From contig NC_134028.1 of NCBI RefSeq assembly GCF_964204645.1, forward strand, positions 19,227,653 through 19,291,652: 64,000 nucleotides of DNA. The letters run 5' to 3'. This DNA is from Tubulanus polymorphus (Eukaryota > Animalia > Nemertea). Shown here in pieces: positions 1 to 16,100 of the stretch (position 1 is the first letter of the stretch; the number at the start of each line of letters is the position of its first letter). Made by a program: the position numbers and the translations under genes. The notes beneath the pieces were generated by a model. It did not search any database. It was not told where the DNA came from and saw nothing but the letters and a program-made list of their open reading frames with translations.

Positions 1-1121
1 AGTTCCATCGGTATAAATGAGTTCAATGTAGTTTTTGATGAAAACACGCTCAGCCCCAAATGTACCGCTCTCACAGGCAACTTTTTCTGGACTTTTTGTG
101 CAGATCTGATGAATGAATTTGGATATTGTTCTTACAGATCAGGGAAATTAGGGAATTCCGAATTTTTTTCTTCCTCTAGGGAAAATCAGGGGGTTCTGAC
201 TTTTTTCTTGAAAATAAGGGAAAAGTCAGTACTGAAAGTTTATTTCAAACATCTGGTGCAATAGTGGCTTATAACATCTGAGCCACTATTTACCAGCAGA
301 AAAGAGAAGTTCAGTCGTACTAACAAGGCCTTCAGTCAGTCGAGCCTTTTTCTTTATAAGGTCTTGTTTAGATTTGGTAATGCTGCGGGTGTGATCTATT
401 TGTTTATACCATGTGATCAGTTCTGACCAATCAGCCTAGAGTTAGGGTTAAGCGTGTGGGCAATTTGCATACCATGTGACCGGCCTAGGGACTACTTGTA
501 TACATTTGGAGAGAATCACAAATTCTTTGATAAACCAGAAGAAATGGCCCCAGGATATCTGATGATTCAAAAAGGGAACTTTTAGTCAAGGGCCAGGGAA
601 TTTAAGGCTCCCTGATCTGTAAGAACCCTATTTGAAATGTTGGTATATTTTGCCGAAATGGCAATTAAAACTTGGCCAATAAGCAAAGAAGCTTTAACAT
701 TCCCACAATGCAGGGTTGGATTTTTCAAGTTAAACCATCCAATGATAGTGCAAGACTTTGGCCAGCTTTGTCTGACTTAACCGATCATTTTCATTTATCA
801 AACTGCGAGTAAACATTTTTTCATTTTCAAATCGGAACTCCTCAGTTCATTCGCCGTGGGAAGAAACTTCCTGTTTAACCCTTTTGCTCGTGAGCCCAGG
901 GCCTCATTTCATAAAATTGTTTAGAGCATTAACAGTTTGACATCTGTGTAACGATGAATTCATTCTACAAATGAGTGCCTGACAAAACTGAGTAAAACAT
1001 ATTCATGAAAGTAGTTCCTATTGGTGATAGATTTTGGCTCTTGCCCACAACAAACTTAGAAATCCTCTGTTTCGTGTTGTGCGAATTTTGAAACGTTTCT
1101 TATTTTTTTGTTTTGAATTAG

Positions 1122-4100
1122 CATTTAATCGATGAACAACTTTCCAACAAGAAGAGTTTGTACTTATGTGCATTTGGCTCAGAGGTAAATTCGTGTTGGA
1201 AAACTGTACGCGACGTCAATGGAAGGATGTAAGTCCTTAAGTATATTTTTAATGTAATAATTAATTCATAGATGGTGCTAGTTTGTTTTAGGTTTTCCAG
1301 TTTCGCAAGATCTTCCTTCCACTCATTTTGGTATTAAAAACATGTTATTGTAGAATTGATGAAGCTAAAGAATTTGTAGATGGTCTCACTCCAAGTGGAG
1401 GGTGTAATCTACTGAAAGCCATGAAACATGTGATGAAACTCAAAGATATAAATTCAATTGTGCTGATTCTTGGAAGTGTGTAAGTTTCCAAATGAAATTG
1501 CTAATTCTCCAATGTATATTGTGTAATTTTTGGAGGCCACCATCTTCGTGATGTTCCCAACGGTATATTTGTGTGCTGGAAAACTAGGCCTAATCGGTGT
1601 CCGAAACCCCTGTCACTCATTTTTCATTTGTTACCTTAGGCCAGATCAAAATGCAGACATCCTGTGTGATTTTGTCAGTCAGATGGGAGTTGGAAAAGAT
1701 ATGCCTCTACATACCGTAGCTTATGACTGCAGTAACCATCTCACAAATGTAAGTAGGCCTATTTATTGGAGTAAACTCCGCCTAAGTCGGATCAATTTGT
1801 ACCCGATAACTTCGTCCGACATAGCCGGAATCCTACTTGGAAGACCAATTTTTTGAATATTTTGGAACTCATTTATGGTTGCTAATATAAGGTTTATTCA
1901 CTGTAAAATCTATTATATAAAAATTGCATTATATACAAATAATCAAATGTGTACTGTCTGAATAAGTGACCTCAGTTTTTGGTTGTTTGTGGCTTGTATC
2001 ATCTGTCTCATGTATGATCGATTGGCCCTAAATCTGTAGCCGTGGAATCTCCTCGTCAGCTTTCACATGCCGGGTGCGACCTCGCATGCCAGCAGTCGTT
2101 CTGCTGTCAGCGACATTTATCCGGGATTCGAACCCACCCGCAGAATTCATTTACTGTTCGGAACCATCAGCGCTGGCCCTACGAGCTTTATCGGTCTGGT
2201 CATAAAATGTCAGAATTCAGTTTCACTTAGGTGAATACCAGTTTCACTTAGGTGTATACTAAAGCATTACTTTATAAAGGAAACTGAAATTTTTTTTATA
2301 TTGCACCGAGTTGAGCGGTAATGCGACTCGGCCGGATCCGACTTAGGCAGAGTTTACGGTACTTCTGTCCTAAACTTCTATCTTTTTGGTTTTCAGCCCA
2401 CTTGGGACTCCAGTCCTAGTGGGCTATTGCATCGACTTTTCATCCATTGTCAGTCCGTTCTTCTGTCTGGCCTGTTTGTGCGTAGACATTGAAGACGCTT
2501 CAGTTAATTGTCTTAATATTTTTTTGGTGCTTTTGTGCATGTATCTAACCTAGACACATCAAAGACACATCAGCAGCCCAAAAACTAGCTTGATCATATT
2601 CAAGATGGCCAACTGGCAGCCTTTGTTGTTTGGAAAAATCAGCAATTTTTGTGGTCAGGTTACATAGCAATGCCAACATTATATTGATGTGACTTGCAGT
2701 TCGTTTTTCCAGTTTTCTTATTTTATTTGATATAAGATAGCTTTATGATGACGCTCATTTTGTTCAATATTCATAAAATAGATATGGCCACATGTGGCCA
2801 AACTAGCAAAAACATATGCCTATCAGTGAGCAATATATATTCCCTAAACTACTGTGACTTTTACTTTTTCGGAGGGGGGTTTATCGTGAGCCAGGTAATT
2901 TGTTTCACTTAACAAAATAGCCTTTGAATCTTGCAAACAGATAGCTATCAGTGTGAAAAAGGCACGATGATAGATACAGTTATCTCCACCATTAGATTCC
3001 CCAGGCAGGAAGTGAATTCGGGTCGCCCGCGTCTCTGTAGTCAAGCATACTATACATGTATGGAGCGTCCAAACCTAAATTGTCCAAAAGTCTAAACTTC
3101 ATCGTATCGGCATGAAATTGATACTTTAACATACACACTGCCAGTACCTTTCATGTGGTACCAAAAACTTGTTAATCCAAATCACACAGACTGCGCCAAC
3201 CCGTGACAAAGTTTCGCCATTTGTCTCTTATAGCATAGACATGTAACTCTCTTTCAATTCCTCTATTCTTATACGATTCTACTTGATTTGTTGAATTAGG
3301 TGGATAAGAGTTAAACAAGATCATTGGCAGCTGCTTAATTTTTGAAATTCCTATTTTGCAGTTTAATACCAATCCTATTAACCTAACTATACATTTTTTG
3401 TCATAATTTTACTGATTTATTTAACATAATGAAAACGACTCACTGTTTCACTGTGTAGTTCAGTACAATGGATCACCGTGATATCACTGGATTTGCCAAG
3501 GAGGCATCTGCTGCAGATACCATCCACATACTCTTCTGAGGCATGTTCTCTTGAGTTCATTCTGGGCTGCTGGTGTTTTTATAGATATATGGGCCTAGGC
3601 TATCTACAATAGTGCATAACGATTCTCAATATTCAGGGAAGGCCTTGAATATTGTTAAGCATTTCAGACTGCTTTCCAAGTAGTGTTGTGTCCCTGGACC
3701 CCTAGTTATTCTTCAATAGAACCTAATTCAAGCATTCTACTTAAATCAATTAAGTATTCATTCTGGAATTCTGAAGTTGCCAGTGACCTTCAGTAGCTAG
3801 TTAATTTCAAATAGCAAGTATGCTATTTAGGCTACTGACTTGGTTTCATTTATTTACTGAAGTACCGTGTATGCCAATTATTTGGTCTAATCATTTGCCC
3901 TTAATACAGTTATTTCTGTTTTCTAGTTGACATTGAGGAAGTTAGCTGATGAATCTAAAGGCAGATATCACTGTTACACTGCGACATGTGAGGTAAAAAT
4001 TTCTCTGTTGACTGTAAGATCCCTAGCAACCAATTTGCGATACATTCAGTGAACATTAGGCCTACTTCTACTTTCGAAAAGTCGGTTCATATAGGTCTTT

Positions 4101-7100
4101 TGAGCAATATAATGAAATAACTGTGGGAAGTAATAAAATGGAGGATTGGAATTCTGATAAATATGAATTTAAAAAGAACTGTATCAAAGAAAAGGCAATA
4201 TTTTTTTTGATAACTTCTTCGAAGTCATATGAAATCTTTCATATTTCGATGACGTACTTCTAAAGTTCAGTAATCTTACATATTTAAATGCTGTAAATCT
4301 TACGTACAGCTCACATTTCATTAATTGGCATTTAGACATTTCATTGAATTCTTCCATTGGCAGGAACAAATTTACACAGGCACTGATATCAGCACATTAT
4401 TAAGAGAGATTCAAAAAGTGCAGGATGTGATAAACAAAATCAAAGAAATGAGACAAGGAATGATGGGTAGCGCTCTCATAAGCATCATGAATGAGGTAAA
4501 AACAATTGGCTACATATATATCATCATTGTATATATCCTAAAATGGACTCCTCACTGTGTTGGTAGTTAGAAAGTCAATTCCGCCAGCAGCACTGCGCTG
4601 CGTTGAGTCTGCCAGCTCCAACCGACAGCCAGATTGAAAAATGGTCTCTTTCATCAAGGCGCACGATGATGAAATATCTTCAGAAGCTTAGAGTGTTTCA
4701 TCAAGCGCGTCTCGTAGTAGAAAGAAATAATAATGTCACTCTGATAGGGTGGGGTGGGATTCTATTTTATTTGTCGTTCATCATGCGCTCTTCACGCTCC
4801 AAATTACGATTGATTTTCTTGAAAGTTGGTAGCTATGATGGGGTTGGTCCAGGAATGAAACCTATTGAAAATTAGCTTTCTCGCTCATCCAATACGGCGG
4901 AAATATTGAATTTCTTGCAATATCCCTGGGAAATTTGTACTTTGTCCCTGTAATTAGTACTTTTCCCCTAAAAAACAAGGATTTTTCCCTGTACTTCAGC
5001 CACATTAATTGTCCCTGTCAAAGCTCAAATATCCCTGCAAAAAATGTTCATGTCCCTGAGATGATATCTGTTGGGTTGGCAGGTTTGTTATACTATATGG
5101 ATATAGCCAGTCCCCAGCCTTATATAAGCGTAGTCGACTCTAGCATCATCCAAGTTCGAAAAGCCACTTGATTCTGACAATTATTATTTGCATTAGAATA
5201 TATAAATGCTTCTCCGCTTCTATTGTAAAATTCCATTGTTATGACTTCAGATCTCGACTGAAGTGTCAAAATTACCTCAATCGCGGTTCTTACCAAGACC
5301 ACCTGGACATGAGGAACCATTAACTGTTGAAATGCCAAAATTTCAACCAACAACTTCGGACATCTGGCTTAAACAACATGGACTAAAAGGTATTTTACAC
5401 ATCACAAACATAATTTTTTCTTATTTCTTCATTATTAAGATTTCATTGCTACACATTCTCTTTGTGATATTTACAGCCAAGAATTTAGATCTCTATCAGG
5501 TTCTAGCACCTAATGCGTATTCATTCAAGGAGGAATTCATTCCAGTTATTAGAAAAACTGTGCAATCACAAGTGCATGAAGTAAGTATTTCACACTAAAC
5601 AATTTTGTGGTTAAAAGAATAGGATATGCCTGTTCTTATATCTCGTAGTTCGGAGGCTAATGCCGGATCCTTAATTCGCTCATTTATTGTATGGATTAAG
5701 TAGCTGTGAAATATTATCATAATCCGTCATATTATCTATTTGTAGAAAGTAATGGCACAGTTTCAGTGGCATGATGGTTCAATGAAAAATGTGCACGTAG
5801 ATATGGCTCAGTTGTTCGAATATCAGAAACAGTTAGGTCATACAGTTCGTCTGTATGAGAAACGTATCAGTTGGTTATCCAATAATAGCAGACGCATATT
5901 TGGAGCTATAGCTGAGCAAAAGTAAGATTTAAAGCATGTTTCTTCTTATGCAAAATTTTCAGTTCATTAGAACAGTTCTTGCAAGTCAGCAGTTGTTGTT
6001 TTCTAGAATATTGATGAACTGCCTAATTAGAGAACTGCTTGGGGGAGAGTCATGTATTAATTTGATTGACAGTACTTTTAGGACTCGTTCTCATTAGATA
6101 TCTATTTCACTACCAAGTAACCAGTCTTCGTAACCAGTAAAATAACCAGTCTTAGTAATAGATTCAATCAATTTGATTTTCCATCACATCCAATTCATGC
6201 TACAGGAATTCCTTCGAAGTGGTATTGGTTTCCCAAAACATAATAGACCAGTCGTATGTAGAATGTATGCGAAGTTCCCTTAGCAGTGTCCGATCTAAGC
6301 ACTTTTATGTGCAATTTAATGTTTCAAAGCTTTTTTCCCACTTGATACAACAGATGATTGTGTCACCATTTGGACTGCTTGTGAAGGGCAAGATGATTTT
6401 TGAGGGGGCAAATGAAATTTCAGATATGCTTGCCCCACGGGCAAGTGGCTTTTATTCCTTAGATCGGACCCTGCTTAGAATGCGTTAAAAATCAATTTGG
6501 ACAACATTGCTTACATTTTATAGTGGCAATATTTTTAGTAGTGGTATCTGGATTAAATGTCACTTTCCCCCTGGTAAAAACATATCTTACGAGAAAATGT
6601 TTTTTTAACTAACAATTTATTCTAAAATTTATGAGATTTAGATCTAGGTATTGGAGCTTTAAGCATGCAACTCCCACAACCTTGAAGTGCTAAATATAAT
6701 AGCTTAATGAACAAGCTTTACGAACTAGCTTTTTATGAACTAGCTTTATACGCATGTCATGAAATAGCAATTTTTGTCACATCATATTTTGTTTGTGTTT
6801 GCAGTGTTGTATTTCTGATTGATTTGTCTGTCTCGAATGTGAATTACCTAATTCACATACAGCATTCTCTGCGTCTGCTCATGGAACAACAACTTGCCAA
6901 TAAACGATACTTCAACATTATCGGGTAAGTTGCAATGCCTTAAAAATAGACAGTGCATTTTCACATATATTTCAAGAAGAGAAATTTTTCATCCATTTCT
7001 AACGTACGCTATTAATTTGGACTTCTAAATTCATTAAGATTCATAAATAATCAGGATGCAATACAAGGTTCTTACTTACCCTGGTATTTAAACTTTATTT

Positions 7101-10100
7101 AATTACTTCATAGCATCTTTTCAACCGATTACTTCATGTAATATTACATATAAAAGTATGAAAAGGTTTAGCTAAATTTCTGATAAACATAGTTAACATA
7201 GGCCTATGCAAAACATCTTATCATTGAGTATTTGATTTTTAGGTTTGGTAGTAATCCAAAAGCATGGAGAACTGCTATGGCTAAAGTATCTCCTGAAACT
7301 CTGCAAAGCGCTTGGAAGTAAGTTTAAAGCATATTATCTTCGCAAGTCAAAGAGCTTATTTTACTTAAGTTAACATTGGGTCTAAAGTGCCAGATGGTAC
7401 AAAATCCGCATTATGTGTATATTGTAAAGTATCCGTTATACAGTCAACCCCGCATAAGTCGTAGCCCTCGGGACTGACGATTTTTCTACGACTTATGTGA
7501 TGTACGAGTCACGTGTAAGTCGTATTTTTATAGTTATCTATAAGTTGTGTTGTAAATGAATTCCGTGAATAACCCGGAAAAATACGATATATACGACGCT
7601 CACTTTTCAGCATGGTTCGTCATATTCCCGGTTGTATCCTGAGTAGTAGTAGGAGAGAAGCTTTCTTAATTTGTTACCAGAATCAAAATTAAGTTCATTC
7701 CAGTTAAATATTCATGAAATATGTTGTTTTTCATTATTCTTGTGAGAATGTGATGACATGTGGCAAAACAGGATTGTTATGGCCAAACTGCTCCTTTTTG
7801 CTAACCTGTGATTCAACACATTTTCATCCAATGTTCACAGAGTGAATTTTGGTAAAATATGTTCTATCTATATAGATACAACCATGTACTGTATAGCGGT
7901 ACAATTAATGTTGCTCTTAAACATTTTCAAAAGGTTTTGTTATGTATGTAATTATCTCTCTTATAGATGGATACTGGAATCTCAGTGTGAAGGAAGTCGT
8001 AACTTCCTAGGGGCGTTGAGAATGGCTCTCGAAAATGAAGAGGAAAATAAACATGGAATCGGTTAGTATTTGCCCTGCGCAATACCAACTGCCTAATTTC
8101 GACTTAAATGCAGACATTTCTTTGAGTCAATTTGCATGGTTCCTATGAATTTCCAAATCACAGAGTGGAGCAGATTTTACTGTATGTCCAGTTAAATCTT
8201 TCTTCATCACAGTTGAACCTACGTATCAATTATTTAGTATGACAAAAAAAATCAGGCATTTTGATCCAGAATTCAAAAGGCAAACTAGATAAAACTCGAG
8301 GATAAGTTCATGTTATGTTTCTCTTCATCCTTGCAATACATTGTCATAGCCACCAACATGTTATTGTCTAGTTAATATCTCTAGGGCAAGGTGGCAGCAC
8401 CTGTCACACATCGTGAAAGTGGGGCTCAAGTGTGCCCTACAATATGACAGAACCATTGGCAACTAACGATTCATCAAGTGCTATAACCGAAGACTGCTGG
8501 CAATGGTCGGTGATTCGGTGCTAGACTAAGTGTTGGATCAGTCAGTTTGCATTGCTGAAAGTTCATCATTTGCGACTAATTGTAAATAGCAATTGTTGTA
8601 TCACTGACAGCTATAGATAATGATGATGCTCCTCTTTGATAGGTGATAGGCTCTTCAAGAGCCTCTACTTTTGAGCCCTTCAGGACCCTGGTCCCCCACT
8701 TTCCAACAATCCTTGCTCCGCCCTTGAAGTTAACTATATTTTTTATTTTATAACAAAAAATAAAAGTATTTTATTTTATAACAAAAAATAAAAGTAAATC
8801 CTTAATTTGCAGAGGTGAATGGCGTATACTTGTTTACAAGTGGCATACCGGATCAGGTTGGAGATGTTGTCTGTTCATATGCTGAAGAGGGCTGCGCTGG
8901 ACGTGATGCTAGGATTCATACGATTCTGTTTAACGTTGATGATTATAACAGTTCAGGAGCGATTCCAAGTAGATACGCTAACATAACCAAAACAGCTGAT
9001 ACATTGAGATCATTAGCACATTCAACTGGTGGACGGTTTCACTGGTTCAGAGAAACAGGTAAAAAAAGTGATGAAGAAATAAATAATGACCAGCAAAAAA
9101 TCCATGGAAACCACAGGTTTTTTAGCTCAGTACTTTGAACTTAACGATACACTGGCAGTGAGTTTATTATGAGCTTCTGGAATGTATTATTATATTATTA
9201 ATGTGTTACGTCCATCATATTTATGATATCAAAATACTTTAACAAAATCATCTTATGATTCAGTTTGGTGCATACTTTAGAAACCTGGAAAGATACCTAT
9301 AAAACAAAGATATTTTTACATCTCCCCAGCTTAACCAATTACGTGAAGTACAATTATAAACCATGTGCCCTCTTTGCCTATTTATAGTAATATTTATTCA
9401 CTATATGTTTTGCTTGTCTTATGTTTCTGTGCCATTAGAGTTCATCCATTCATAAATTAAGTCATTCATAGATTAATATTCTCAATCCAGTTAGAAATAT
9501 TCACTTATGAATGTCTCTGTATATTCAAATGTAGGTATCATTGAGAGTGATGATATATTGAGGCTGACTGCGGAGATTGAAAGAGCCATTAACTTCTCAA
9601 AAAAATGTTCCATGTTAGTCGATTCAGTGAAACGCCGATACTCAAAATATCAGGTAAAATTTTTTCCATCAATTTTATTTTCAAAAGTATGATTTCGTCT
9701 CATGGTATGTTGCATCTCTAACAAAATCATTTGTTATGAAATGTTTTCAGGATTTCGCTGATATGCGTCCAATAAAAACAACGTTCTCTATGAAGGCAAG
9801 TCTGAATCTACTCAGACACCTGAGCCACTTGCTGTATGCTTTAACACTGCACAAAGCTTACACTTGTACTTATACCATAGGCCTAGATATGATATACAAA
9901 CTGCAAAATATATTCTTCACTTAGATAGCTCAAAGGTTGTGTGTGAATGTTTTATGGTCGACTCCTTGTCAGTGTGTATCTGGCCATTCATTATGGATCA
10001 AGACAGTTAACTTTCAATTATGTTTTCTTTGAACTTTTCATAGACGTTGAAGAGCTAAGAGCTGGAGACAATGGGGTTTCTATTTATAGTCTTTTCAGAG

Positions 10101-13100
10101 CTGCCAACCATTTTGATTTTTCCATAACCGTTTGGTAGAATTGTGTGTTAATATGGCATTCTGTTTTAAGAAAATTGTTACAGATTTTTTACACCAGAGA
10201 GTACTGGAAAAAATTAGCATGTTACAGATATGCAAAATCAATTTTTTGTGGCAAATTACATTTTATTTTCATATATTTCTCTCAATCATACCTGTAAGTT
10301 CAGCTGGATATTTTGACCCGATGATCAACGATCTTTATTTCGTTTAACTCATGGAAACCGCCAGTCTTCATCTGGTCTTTCTTACACTGAACTAGTGCCA
10401 TATTGCCAGCTGGATATTTTGACCCGATGATCAACGATCTTTATTTCGTTTAACTCATGGAAACCGCCAGTCTTCATCTGGTCTTTCTTACACTGAACTA
10501 GTGCCATATAAGTGGAGATGGGGCACTAGTAAAGCATAAAAAGTTGTGAAGCAAATATGGCGACCAACATTTGTTCTCTTAAAATGTCCTCTGGTTTGAA
10601 AATTTGGGACTACTGGAAAAATTGTTGAAACTACTGGTAAACTTGGGACATGTGTTCTATATGTATTCAGCCAAAGACAAAAACAAGGTTGGCAGCGCTG
10701 CCTATGACTGATAATGTACCTGGAATGTTGGAAGTATATGGAAGATTTTGCTATGGAAAATTGGGATGGAAACCATTAGTCCTATCTAACCCATTAGCAC
10801 TCAAGCCGTCTATTACTCTGCAAGCTGCCCGAATCTGTCCCGGCACCTTTTTCAGATGCTGCACAAAAACTGTTATGATACGAACCCAATAGCTAATGAT
10901 AAACTAGACACCTAAGTCCTCGAAATACCGAACAGAAATCAACATCCTCCTATTTCAATTTCTCGAGTATTTCGAGTATGAACATGACAGATCTGAGCGC
11001 TCAGTTCAAATCCAAGTAAGTTTGGATGAATTTCATGGGCCCACCCCATCAAATCTTTCAGCATATGAAAGCCTTGACTATTTACTACGGAATAACATTT
11101 TCTGAGGAGTTATTGACACTACATAGTGAAATTCCTGAGTGCTAATGGGTTAACGTATGGCTACGGTATGCGTACATGCTACCTTTGTAAGATCTAGCGC
11201 TTATTGCTATATATATAATATCTGCTTGGGCTGATTTCAGGTTATGCAGGATGAAGCATTTAGCAATGATGAAAGTGAAATAATGAAGAGTTTACCAGCT
11301 CCGCCAAAATGTAAAGCTTTACCTGCACCTAAATATAAGCCAAAACACAATGCCCTGTCTCTTGCTAGATCTGTAAGTCAGCGCATCTTATTTCATCTTA
11401 TTTCATGCCATCTTACATCTTATACAAAGAATCTTTAATGCTTAATGCCTAGTTTCTCTAGAGCCCATTTCCGACTTAAGTCCCAGCAGGCTATTGCGTT
11501 TTCTTTTTGTCTTTTGTTCGTCCATAAATCGAATCCAGTTATTTTGGGGAATTCTGAAGATGCCTCAATGGATTGTCTTGATATTATAGATAATGGTTAC
11601 ACAGTCAAACCTCGTTATACCATCAGGACCTGGCTTATTTTGGCGTTATAACGGGAATGGGGGTATAAAGAAATGCTCGATGTGATCCTCCAAATAATTA
11701 CCAAAAGCACCATCATCGCATTCTCTTCATATTCATTGAATTCTTCGGGCACTACTTTAAGGACTTTCCCCTCTGTTGGTCTCAGATGAAACTAATAATA
11801 TCTCTTAATTGACCAGGTTACTCAGAGTGGATTCAGGATAGATGTATTATTGTTACTTTTTGCTATAGTTCGCTAATGGATGAACTGTAAGGGAGCGTCT
11901 CTTTGTCTCGAAGCATTGTACGCTGACACAGCGTGCAGGGTAGACTAAATCTCGATGGCGGTATTTGGGGGCATATTAACAATGCATTACTGTAGGAATG
12001 TATTGTTGATAGTGTGGTGGTGGTCGGCGGAAAGCGAGGGGGGTTATTGCGAGAGCATTTAAGATCAATTAGATACAGCTAAACGGTGCGACGGGAATAA
12101 GACGGTGGTAGGTGAGAATGGCGGTAATACAAAGGGCGTAATAATGAGGTTTGACTGTACATGTATCTTTCCCAGACATATCTGCAGCCCTATGTAGCTC
12201 AAACAGAATCAAGATGTGGTGAGTGTGAAGGTTATGGATTGAAAATTGAATTTTGACAGATTGTCAAGCATTTCGACAAGGCATGATTCCCTGAACCTCT
12301 AGTTTATCTCATCATCATAAGAATGTATTGTAGGCATACTTATATAATTAGTATCTTTTATCTTTATTTGTCTAAGTTCTTTTATCTTTATTTGTCTAAG
12401 TAAAGAAGGTCTCTGTATAATTTTCAATGTGTCTAATATTCAATTGAATGCTTATTTTCACAGCATATGAGAGAAACTCGTGACAATGAGGAAAATCCAC
12501 AAGCCAAAATGAGACCATCAAGTGCTAAAATGGATGGTAAGCAGGTTAATGAAAAGTTTGAAATCTAACATCCGGTTCCAGTTCTAGATTTTATTTTGAG
12601 AACATCTTACTAATTACTATTACAATTGGATCAATATCCTACCACAACGTACTACTGTACCTGAAATCTGGATTGAATATCATATTGTTCAATAGAGACT
12701 GTAAATGATATCTGCATTACATCAAAATCCAGATTTAAATGACTGGTTTGAGCCAACCTGACTGTAGTTTCACTATCAGACTATTGTTGTTTGAACATTG
12801 ATCTAGGCTTAGTGCCTTTTTGCCATTTTACCCCTCTGGTAACTTTTACCGTTAGTCGTTTGATGACTGCTGACACATCAGCTGTTTATTATGTCCACGT
12901 GTTATCTAACCGTCATCCGGTACTGAAAATGCCTACAACTCTTTGAAAATACAATGAATGTCAACAGCAAACATCAGAATTTCCAAGATAGACTTATCAA
13001 GCAACAACACATGACCAAAAAGGTTTTTTGATAGGTCAATTGTCATGCGATTGGCAGCCACCTTAGGGTCACCAGTCCTCATTCATGGATGGAAAAATAT

Positions 13101-16100
13101 ATCAGGTTTCAACTTACAGAACCTTTGGTAGCTTATACCATATTTCCTTGAAATGAATTAACTACAATCAATTGCAAAGTTGCAGCTCATGTTCTATGAT
13201 TGTGTTCAGTTCCAAGGTCATTCACCTTGGGATGTTGAATATTGAAATTTTCAGATTGTTGAGCATTTTAAACCACTTCCCAAGTGGGCTCGGTGTCCCT
13301 GGACCCCTAGTTAAACTTTTGGATTTACTGTTTACTAGAAATTTTACTAAATCCCGAAACTAATTGCTTGAGAATTTTTTTAATCTCCTAGTAAGTAGTA
13401 GTACAAATCGATTAATGCTGACAAGACGGAGGTCGCAATCATCAAATAGTCTTCCTAACACGAGTCGTGATCCGATGGTATCCGTGCGGTCACCAATCAA
13501 AACAAACAAGAAAGCTATTCAGCAACCATTCTATACTGGGGAGAAGAATAAAGTAGGCTTGGTCTTTAAAGCCTACCCTGCACAGAAATCTATTCGCAAG
13601 AAAATTGGAGACCCAATTATTCCCACGAAAGAGGACCAAGTTACTTCGAAACAGGTAACAAATTACCAAACAAATAACCCCTCTATGGGTGGAATTTTGA
13701 TGTGTTTGATCAAAGCTTTTTCAAATTTTCAAAGGTTAAATTTCTGCTGCATTCTAGTCATCTTCTTTACTAGACAGAATAAATAGAATAGTGGCAAAAC
13801 AGAATAGTGTATGGACATGTATAGATCGTTCCCTCCACAAAATCACTTAATTCAGTTGGCTCTTGTTTGTATTATGTGCTAATTGTTAATTTTCAGGCAA
13901 GCAAATATTAATTGGCCAATAATTAATACTGGCCATTACAATATTTTTCTTATTCATATTACAATGGAAATTTTTGTTGCTTTTAACCCAGCCATCCGCA
14001 CTTCATAAGTACTGCATAAACATTTTTTTCTGCGATGCAAAATATGTTATCTTTGACAAAAAAAGCCAACTGAGCAAGTACTCTACATATGTTTATAAAT
14101 GTGTATTGTAGTCAGTGCGTATCATGCGAAAAAATTACCTAGGTAAAGTTTTCCAAGAATCTGGCTATGTCCCATCTAGCTGCCAATCAATATAGTGACT
14201 GCTGTTAAAGCTGGTAATGTGCATATACTGTATTGTTTCATTTTAAACATGGATGACACTGGGTGGCCATAGGAAACCTGGAAAATGAAAAGGAATCTGA
14301 AAAGTCTAGAAAAATCTGAGACAACTCGGGGAATTTGACTAATTTTAAAATAGATTTGAAAAATGACAAATCCTCAATTTGAACTGATTGGTGTCTTCCT
14401 CTCTGATATATTGTTCTTATTTTTTCATAGTGGTTACGGATGTATGGATTGAATCATTTGCACTTAGATTTGTCAAAACTTGTGTCGGGACCAGACTGTA
14501 AACATGTTGAATCAAAGGTGAAGTCATTGAACAAGAATGTTCAAGCAAAGTACGTACAAAGAGTATTCTGTGATGGTATGTTATCCATTGACTAGGATGA
14601 AAAATTATTAAGTGTAATTGTTTTCCAGGTATTGCAATGTGTTTCCAAGTGTAAATGTAAAAGGTACGATCAGACACTTACAATTAATGCCGCACGAAAT
14701 GGAAACATATCAACAAAAACTTGAGATTGTTCTCAAACGATACCTGCGTCGCTTACAGTGGTTGTTGAGTGGTAGCAGGCGTGTTTTTGGTACAGTTATA
14801 CACAGAAAGTGTTGCATACTGGTCGATACGTCGGGTTCGATGGAACCACACATGGATGAGTTGAAGAAAGAGCTAGTGGCTCTTGTGTGGGATCAGTTGT
14901 ATGAAATTAATGCAAGGTGAGAATGGGTTGTGCATGTTCTTGAACCATTCTCTCCAGAGTGTTCTGTTTTAGTGTGAGGTGTTCTAAGGTTTTAAGCTGC
15001 AAGACAAACCTCAGCATGATTTTCAGAGCATGCAATTTTCAATATCTTCCAGGAGAAGGTGTCATGTTGCTGCATGATGCGCTGCCTACCCTATGTACCT
15101 TGTAGTGCCTTGCCGACATATATTGAGCTTACTTGGGCTTAAGTCCCAGCAGCCTGGTGTGTTCACTTTTTGTCAGTATCCTGCATCATGCTAATTAGCC
15201 ATGTGTTTGGATTGTCGCAGTGATGAAATTATTATCAATCTAATCTGGACACTGATGATACACAAATGCAAATTCATGATTGCATTTATTATGATCATAC
15301 CCACCTGTTACACAATTATCCATAAAAGGCACATATTCCAATATGGATTTTTCCAGTCACAAATTAAAAATTCAATTCAATTTCATTCACAATGTTTGGA
15401 CTATAGGATAATTGGAAGTTTTTGTTTCTGACAACTTTCTGTAATCGCAAAAACATTATTCATACAGCAGTATGTTGACATTCCAAAGCAAATCTTTGAA
15501 TGATGTCTTCAACAAAAAATAAAAAACAACAAATAAAAGTGTTTTTTTTAATATGATTAAAACAACTTGTAAAATTTTGGGGCATTATTTTGAATTCTGT
15601 GTATAGGTTAGAAACATCAATCACATTTGCTCGCTTCACAGTATTATTTTGAGCAGTACTGAAATGTTAGCCTGGATCCGCCACTGTAGAATCAATATAA
15701 GATGACATTCATGTGGTGTGTAATACAAGCAATGATTAGGTAACTACCCAAAACTATAGCTTATGAAATACAGGCCTCTATATCAATCCTTCGTAGCTCA
15801 GGTGGTATAGGTTTTGATAACGGTTTCAGTAGTCTGGAATCCCATTGCGTTCCTGTCGTTTTCAGAGAAGTGGTTGGTCGCATGATAGATTTCTATATAC
15901 AATAGTACCAGGTTCTTATTAACTGGCAGAGCTTGTAGAAGTTTATACACAAAATAGAAGTGGCAAATACAGCCATCTGATTGGTCAAGGACATTTGACC
16001 GGGTTCTAAATACATTTAAGCTCAAATGTGTGATATGGATATCTGTCATATTATACAGGGTGTCTAAAAAATAACAGGTTTTTGATTGGTCAATTTTTCA

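Noticed and set aside
2035-2190. tRNA gene
   Set aside because: A B box is present but there is no acceptor-stem pairing or cloverleaf, so it is treated as SINE-like.
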